A stretch of 64,000 nucleotides of DNA from an uncultured Pseudomonadales bacterium (GTDB lineage Bacteria > Pseudomonadota > Gammaproteobacteria > Pseudomonadales > UBA7434): assembly GCA_905478995.1 (NCBI GenBank), contig CAJQKT010000036.1:4435-68434 (forward strand). Direction: 5' to 3'. Position numbers and translations under genes: made by a program. The notes below the pieces were generated by a model. The model was not told where the DNA came from. It saw only the letters and a program-made list of their open reading frames with translations, and did not search any database. Below are positions 60,358 through 64,000 of this stretch, one piece after another (position 1 is the stretch's first letter; the number at the start of each line of letters is the position of its first letter).

Positions 60358-61233
60358 CTATTGGTTACAATAATCGATCCAGCGCCGCAGCGTTTGTGAC
60401 TGATATTTTTTAGCATGCACAATCATATAAAAGTGCCGCTGCATATCTCGCTGCGGCACCGACAGCGGTATCAAGCGCCCGGCGGCAAAATCGTCTTGTA
60501 GCGCGATGCGCGACAAACATCCCAAACCAACACCCGCTGCAACAGCGCGCTTAATCGCTTCGGTATGCTCCAACTCCAAAAAAACGCTCAACGAATTTTG
60601 CAGCCCTTGCATGGCACGATCAAACGTTTGCCGTGTGCCTGAACCGCGCTCTCTGAGGATCCATGATGCTTCTATCAATTGCTGATCAGACAGCTGCAAC
60701 TGCGAAGCATAGCTATGCTCGGGCGAGCAAAACACCACGAGCTCGTCGGCCCGCCACGCAGTGACCGACAAATCAGCGTGGGCATACTCCCCTTCTATGA
60801 GGCCAATATCGAGTTCAAAATTCAGTACTTGCTGAGCAATGTTAACCGTATTGGCTACATGCAACTGGGAATTGATAAGCGGATAATCAGACTTAAAGCG
60901 GGTAATGATTGGAATGACCACATAGTTGCCAATGGTCAGCGTAGCGCCGATGTTGAGTGCGCCAGATAGCTCATCTTGCAACAACACGTTATCGACCTCT
61001 CGGGCTTGGCTATACAACGCCTCGGCAAAGGGCAGCAATTGATAACCTTGTGCATTGAGTTGCAGGCGCTTACCCACACGGTCAAACAGGCGGGTGTTAT
61101 ACCTCTGCTCAAGGTCCTGCAACGCGCCACTAGCGGCCGATTGCGACATAGCCAAATTCTCGGCCGCACGGCTAATATTCTGCAGCCTAGCTGTAGCCAA
61201 AAAAACATCAATTTGTCTTAACGTAAATCTCAT
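60358..61233 (-). CDS. LysR-family transcriptional regulator, divergent from fpr (FinR-like position)
   Basis: 291 aa with an N-terminal helix-turn-helix (LRQIDVFLATARLQNISRAAENLAMSQSAASGALQDLE) and a LysR substrate-binding domain. The divergent LysR/fpr arrangement matches finR-fprA as I recall it from Pseudomonas. Confidence 0.8.
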   Translation of the reverse strand: MRFTLRQIDVFLATARLQNISRAAENLAMSQSAASGALQDLEQRYNTRLFDRVGKRLQLNAQGYQLLPFAEALYSQAREVDNVLLQDELSGALNIGATLTIGNYVVIPIITRFKSDYPLINSQLHVANTVNIAQQVLNFELDIGLIEGEYAHADLSVTAWRADELVVFCSPEHSYASQLQLSDQQLIEASWILRERGSGTRQTFDRAMQGLQNSLSVFLELEHTEAIKRAVAAGVGLGCLSRIALQDDFAAGRLIPLSVPQRDMQRHFYMIVHAKKYQSQTLRRWIDYCNQ

Positions 61234-61385
61234 CGCGCTGCCTTCATTAGAGTAGTTAATAAAAAATGTTCAAGCTGCCATGCAACTAATCCATCTGCTA
61301 TCAGTCTACGTAATAGAGTTATAAATGATGGCCAACTCCACTTCATACTCTACATTTTTGACTGTTCTCCCCTCGTAAGAGTTAT

Positions 61386-61409
61386 GCCGGCGCTGAGCCG
61401 GCTTTTTTT
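61386..61409 (+). terminator. intrinsic terminator with no annotated upstream plus-strand gene
   Basis: GCCGGC-gctga-GCCGGC is followed by TTTTTTT. It reads as a terminator only on the plus strand. Confidence 0.6.
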
Positions 61410-61473
61410 GGCGCCTACATCACTGAACCGCCGTGTCTGAGTGCTGTGTTTGAGCCTGTTTTCTAAGCACTTC

Positions 61474-61492
61474 ATATCGCTATATCCGATAT
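61474..61492. promoter_or_regulatory. candidate LysR-type regulator box (ATC-N9-GAT within ATATCG-N7-CGATAT)
   Basis: A perfect 6-bp inverted repeat fits the T-N11-A LTTR rule, about 100 nt upstream of the fpr ATG. Confidence 0.4.
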
Positions 61493-61588
61493 ATTATATC
61501 TAAATAAACCATTTTACCTATTAAAAATAGACCGCTAAAGTAAGTGCTTTGAAGCTAACACACCATTAACCGCCAATAAGGATCTTTA

Positions 61589-62359
61589 ATGTCACGCTTA
61601 ATGACCGAAACCGTTACACATGTGCACCATTGGAATGAGTCGCTGTTTAGCTTTAAAACGACCCGCGATACGGGCTTTCGATTTAAAAACGGCCATTTTG
61701 TAATGGTGGGCCTCCCTGATGAAGGGAAACCCCTACTAAGGGCCTATAGCATAGCGAGCGCTAACTACGAAGATGAGCTTGAATTCTTCAGTATCAAAGT
61801 GCCCAACGGACCACTGACCTCACGATTGCAGCATCTGCAGGTGGGCGATGAAGTTCTTGTCAGCAAAAAACCGACCGGCACCCTAGTAACCGATCAAATG
61901 CTGCCGGGTAAGCACCTGTACTTAATTAGCACAGGCACTGGGCTTGCGCCGTTTATGAGTATCATCAAAGACCATGAAATCTATGATCAATTCGACAAAA
62001 TTATCCTCACCCATGGCGTGCGCTACACCTCTGAGTTGGCCTACGTGGATTACATCCAGAATGAATTGCCCAACAATGAATACTTTGGCGAGCTGGTGCG
62101 CGAAAAGCTGATTTACTACCCTACCGTAACGCGCGAGGACTATAAGAATAACGGCCGACTGACTGACCTTATGACCAGTGGCAAATTATTTGTCGATATC
62201 GGCCTACCTAAGCCCAATGTCGAAGACGACCGCTTTATGATTTGTGGCAGCCCCAGCATGTTAAAAGACACCTGCGCCATTTTAAATGAGCGCGGCTTTG
62301 GGGAAGTGCGCAACGGGCAACCAGGACATTACGTTATAGAACGGGCGTTTGTGGAGTAA
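61589..62359 (+). CDS. fpr: ferredoxin-NADP+ reductase
   Basis: 256 aa with RAYSIAS (FAD binding), LISTGTGLAPF (NADP binding) and the C-terminal ERAFVE. Confidence 0.92.
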   Translation: MSRLMTETVTHVHHWNESLFSFKTTRDTGFRFKNGHFVMVGLPDEGKPLLRAYSIASANYEDELEFFSIKVPNGPLTSRLQHLQVGDEVLVSKKPTGTLVTDQMLPGKHLYLISTGTGLAPFMSIIKDHEIYDQFDKIILTHGVRYTSELAYVDYIQNELPNNEYFGELVREKLIYYPTVTREDYKNNGRLTDLMTSGKLFVDIGLPKPNVEDDRFMICGSPSMLKDTCAILNERGFGEVRNGQPGHYVIERAFVE

Positions 62360-62400
62360 CCTTGTGCCGGTTGAAAATAGCGGGATCATATACCGAGGGT

Positions 62401-62739
62401 TCAAGCCTTTTTAACGAATATTGATTTTAATTTCATCGCGCCAATGCCAGCGATTTTACAATCAATATTATGATCACCCTCTACAAGCCGAATATTTTTG
62501 ACCTTAGAGCCCACCTTCACTACGGCCGACGAACCTTTAACTTTTAGATCTTTAATCACAACAACACTGTCGCCATCATGCAGCATATTACCATTGGCAT
62601 CTTTAATTAGCGCACTCACTTCCGTTTCATCCACAGCATCAACGCTCCACTCATGCGCGCACTCAGGGCACACACAGAGGGAGCCATCGAGGTAGGTATA
62701 CGCCGACTTGCACTCAGTGCAGGGAGGTAATTCGTTCAT
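62401..62739 (-). CDS. phnA: zinc-ribbon protein PhnA/YjdM
   Basis: 112 aa with an N-terminal CTECKS...CPEC ribbon and the C-terminal [10 protein letters not shown] typical of YjdM. Confidence 0.88.
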   Translation of the reverse strand: MNELPPCTECKSAYTYLDGSLCVCPECAHEWSVDAVDETEVSALIKDANGNMLHDGDSVVVIKDLKVKGSSAVVKVGSKVKNIRLVEGDHNIDCKIAGIGAMKLKSIFVKKA

Positions 62740-62812
62740 TGCGGCTTCTCACTAATAAGTGATCGTTTCAATGGCACATCCTAGCAACAAGCACGTCACT
62801 GCAATGCTGCAG

Positions 62813-64000
62813 TTAGGCTAGGCTATCATCGGCCACAAAGTATTGTGGATCTTCAATCACATTCACTTCAACCAGGTTACCCGCCTTAGTCAGTAACTTG
62901 CGGCACTCGGCACTCAGGTGAACTAAATGTAACTGCTTGCCCGCATTGAGGTAGCGTTCGGCCAGCGTATCGATGGCCTCTAGGCCTGAGTGATCGGCCA
63001 CTCGTGAGCGAGCAAAATCAATAATAATCTCGTCGTTATCTTGCTGCGGGTCAAATCGCTCTAAAAACGATTCTACCGAACCAAAAAATAATGGGCCGGT
63101 AACTGCATAAACGGTAGAGCCGTCGTGATCTTCGCGCGCCTCTATACGAATAAACTTTGCATGTTCCCAGGCAAAAACAAGTGCCGACACAATCACACCA
63201 ACCACCACAGCAATCGCCAAATCAGTCGCCACAGTCACGCCCGACACTAAAACCAAAATCATCGCATCGCTGCGCGGCACTTTACCCATGATGCGAAAGC
63301 TACTCCACTCAAAGGTACCGATCACCACAATAAACATAACGCCAATCAATGCCGCCAATGGAATTTTCTCAATAAGTGGCGAAGCAACCAAAATAAATAA
63401 CAACAGCGACAACGCCGCAGTGATACCCGACAGCCTGCCACGGCCGCCCGAGTTTACATTAATCATACTCTGGCCAATCATGGCGCACCCGCCCATACCA
63501 CCAAACAAACCAGTCACTGTGTTAGCCACACCCTGGCCGATGCACTCTTTATTGCCACGTCCGCGCGATTCAGTAATTTCATCGACCAACCGCAAGGTAA
63601 GTAAAGACTCGATTAAACCGATAGCTGCGAGGACCAGTGCATAAGGAAAAATAATGAACAGCGTTTCGAAATTCAACGGCACGCTGGGTAAATGAAAGCT
63701 CGGCAACCCGCCCTTAATTGAAGCTACATCACCAACAACACGTGTATCGACATTAAAACCGAACACCACCAAAGTCACGAACACAATGGCGACCAGCGAT
63801 GATGGCAGTGCCGTGGTGAAACGAGGTAGAAGATGAATAATTAGCATGGTGACCGCAACTAGCCCCAACAACATATAAAGCTGATCGCCAGCCAGCCAGG
63901 CCACATCAATAATCGAGCCTTGCATAAACGTACCATGCAACCAACCTGGCTCCCCCGACACACCAAACTGACTGAGCTGAGCCAAAAAGATTACGATAGC
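62813..64000 (-). CDS. SulP-family anion transporter with C-terminal STAS domain (5' end beyond the window)
   Basis: TM-rich core (GQGVANTVTGLFGGMGGCAMIGQSMIN) followed by a STAS-like tail. The frame stays open to position 64000 (..AIVIFLAQLSQFG..), so the ORF-track Met at 63985 is probably internal. Confidence 0.85.
   Translation of the reverse strand, partial: AIVIFLAQLSQFGVSGEPGWLHGTFMQGSIIDVAWLAGDQLYMLLGLVAVTMLIIHLLPRFTTALPSSLVAIVFVTLVVFGFNVDTRVVGDVASIKGGLPSFHLPSVPLNFETLFIIFPYALVLAAIGLIESLLTLRLVDEITESRGRGNKECIGQGVANTVTGLFGGMGGCAMIGQSMINVNSGGRGRLSGITAALSLLLFILVASPLIEKIPLAALIGVMFIVVIGTFEWSSFRIMGKVPRSDAMILVLVSGVTVATDLAIAVVVGVIVSALVFAWEHAKFIRIEAREDHDGSTVYAVTGPLFFGSVESFLERFDPQQDNDEIIIDFARSRVADHSGLEAIDTLAERYLNAGKQLHLVHLSAECRKLLTKAGNLVEVNVIEDPQYFVADDSLA

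Overview
This window looks like ordinary core genome from a mid-GC gammaproteobacterium. From memory, the gene order resembles Pseudomonas and relatives: argE-argA; (dsbD)-aroQ-accB-accC-prmA-DUF3426-dusB-fis-purH-purD; dsbB-rsd; trxA-rho; orn/rsgA-rhodanese-psd; fimX-like-serB-parC; finR-like/fpr. I can support about 55 protein-coding genes, and nearly all are housekeeping (amino-acid, purine and fatty-acid biosynthesis, cell wall, translation factors, redox). I found no rRNA, tRNA, CRISPR array, intact mobile element, or recognisable defence or toxin island. I therefore cannot point to a convincing new multi-gene system, and the leads below are modest. The better ones are: (1) a DsbD alpha domain standing alone as a predicted lipoprotein where relatives carry full-length dsbD, divergent from a PCuAC copper chaperone; (2) an orphan intrinsic terminator and a 17-codon mini-ORF in the LysR/fpr divergent region; (3) a decayed ISL3-like transposase tail in an unusually long trxA-rho spacer; (4) a LemA plus M48 peptidase pair in which the peptidase carries an uncharacterised ~300-aa C-terminal extension, followed by a zinc-ribbon coiled-coil protein; (5) a FimX-like protein whose REC, GGDEF and EAL motifs are all degenerate; (6) a DedA-flavoprotein disulfide reductase fusion divergent from trxA; (7) an arsM-like gene with no ars context. 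Several ORF-track starts look over-extended, and I give shorter starts where a signal peptide, Shine-Dalgarno sequence or family N-terminus supports them. All family assignments come from motif recognition by eye, not from database searches.
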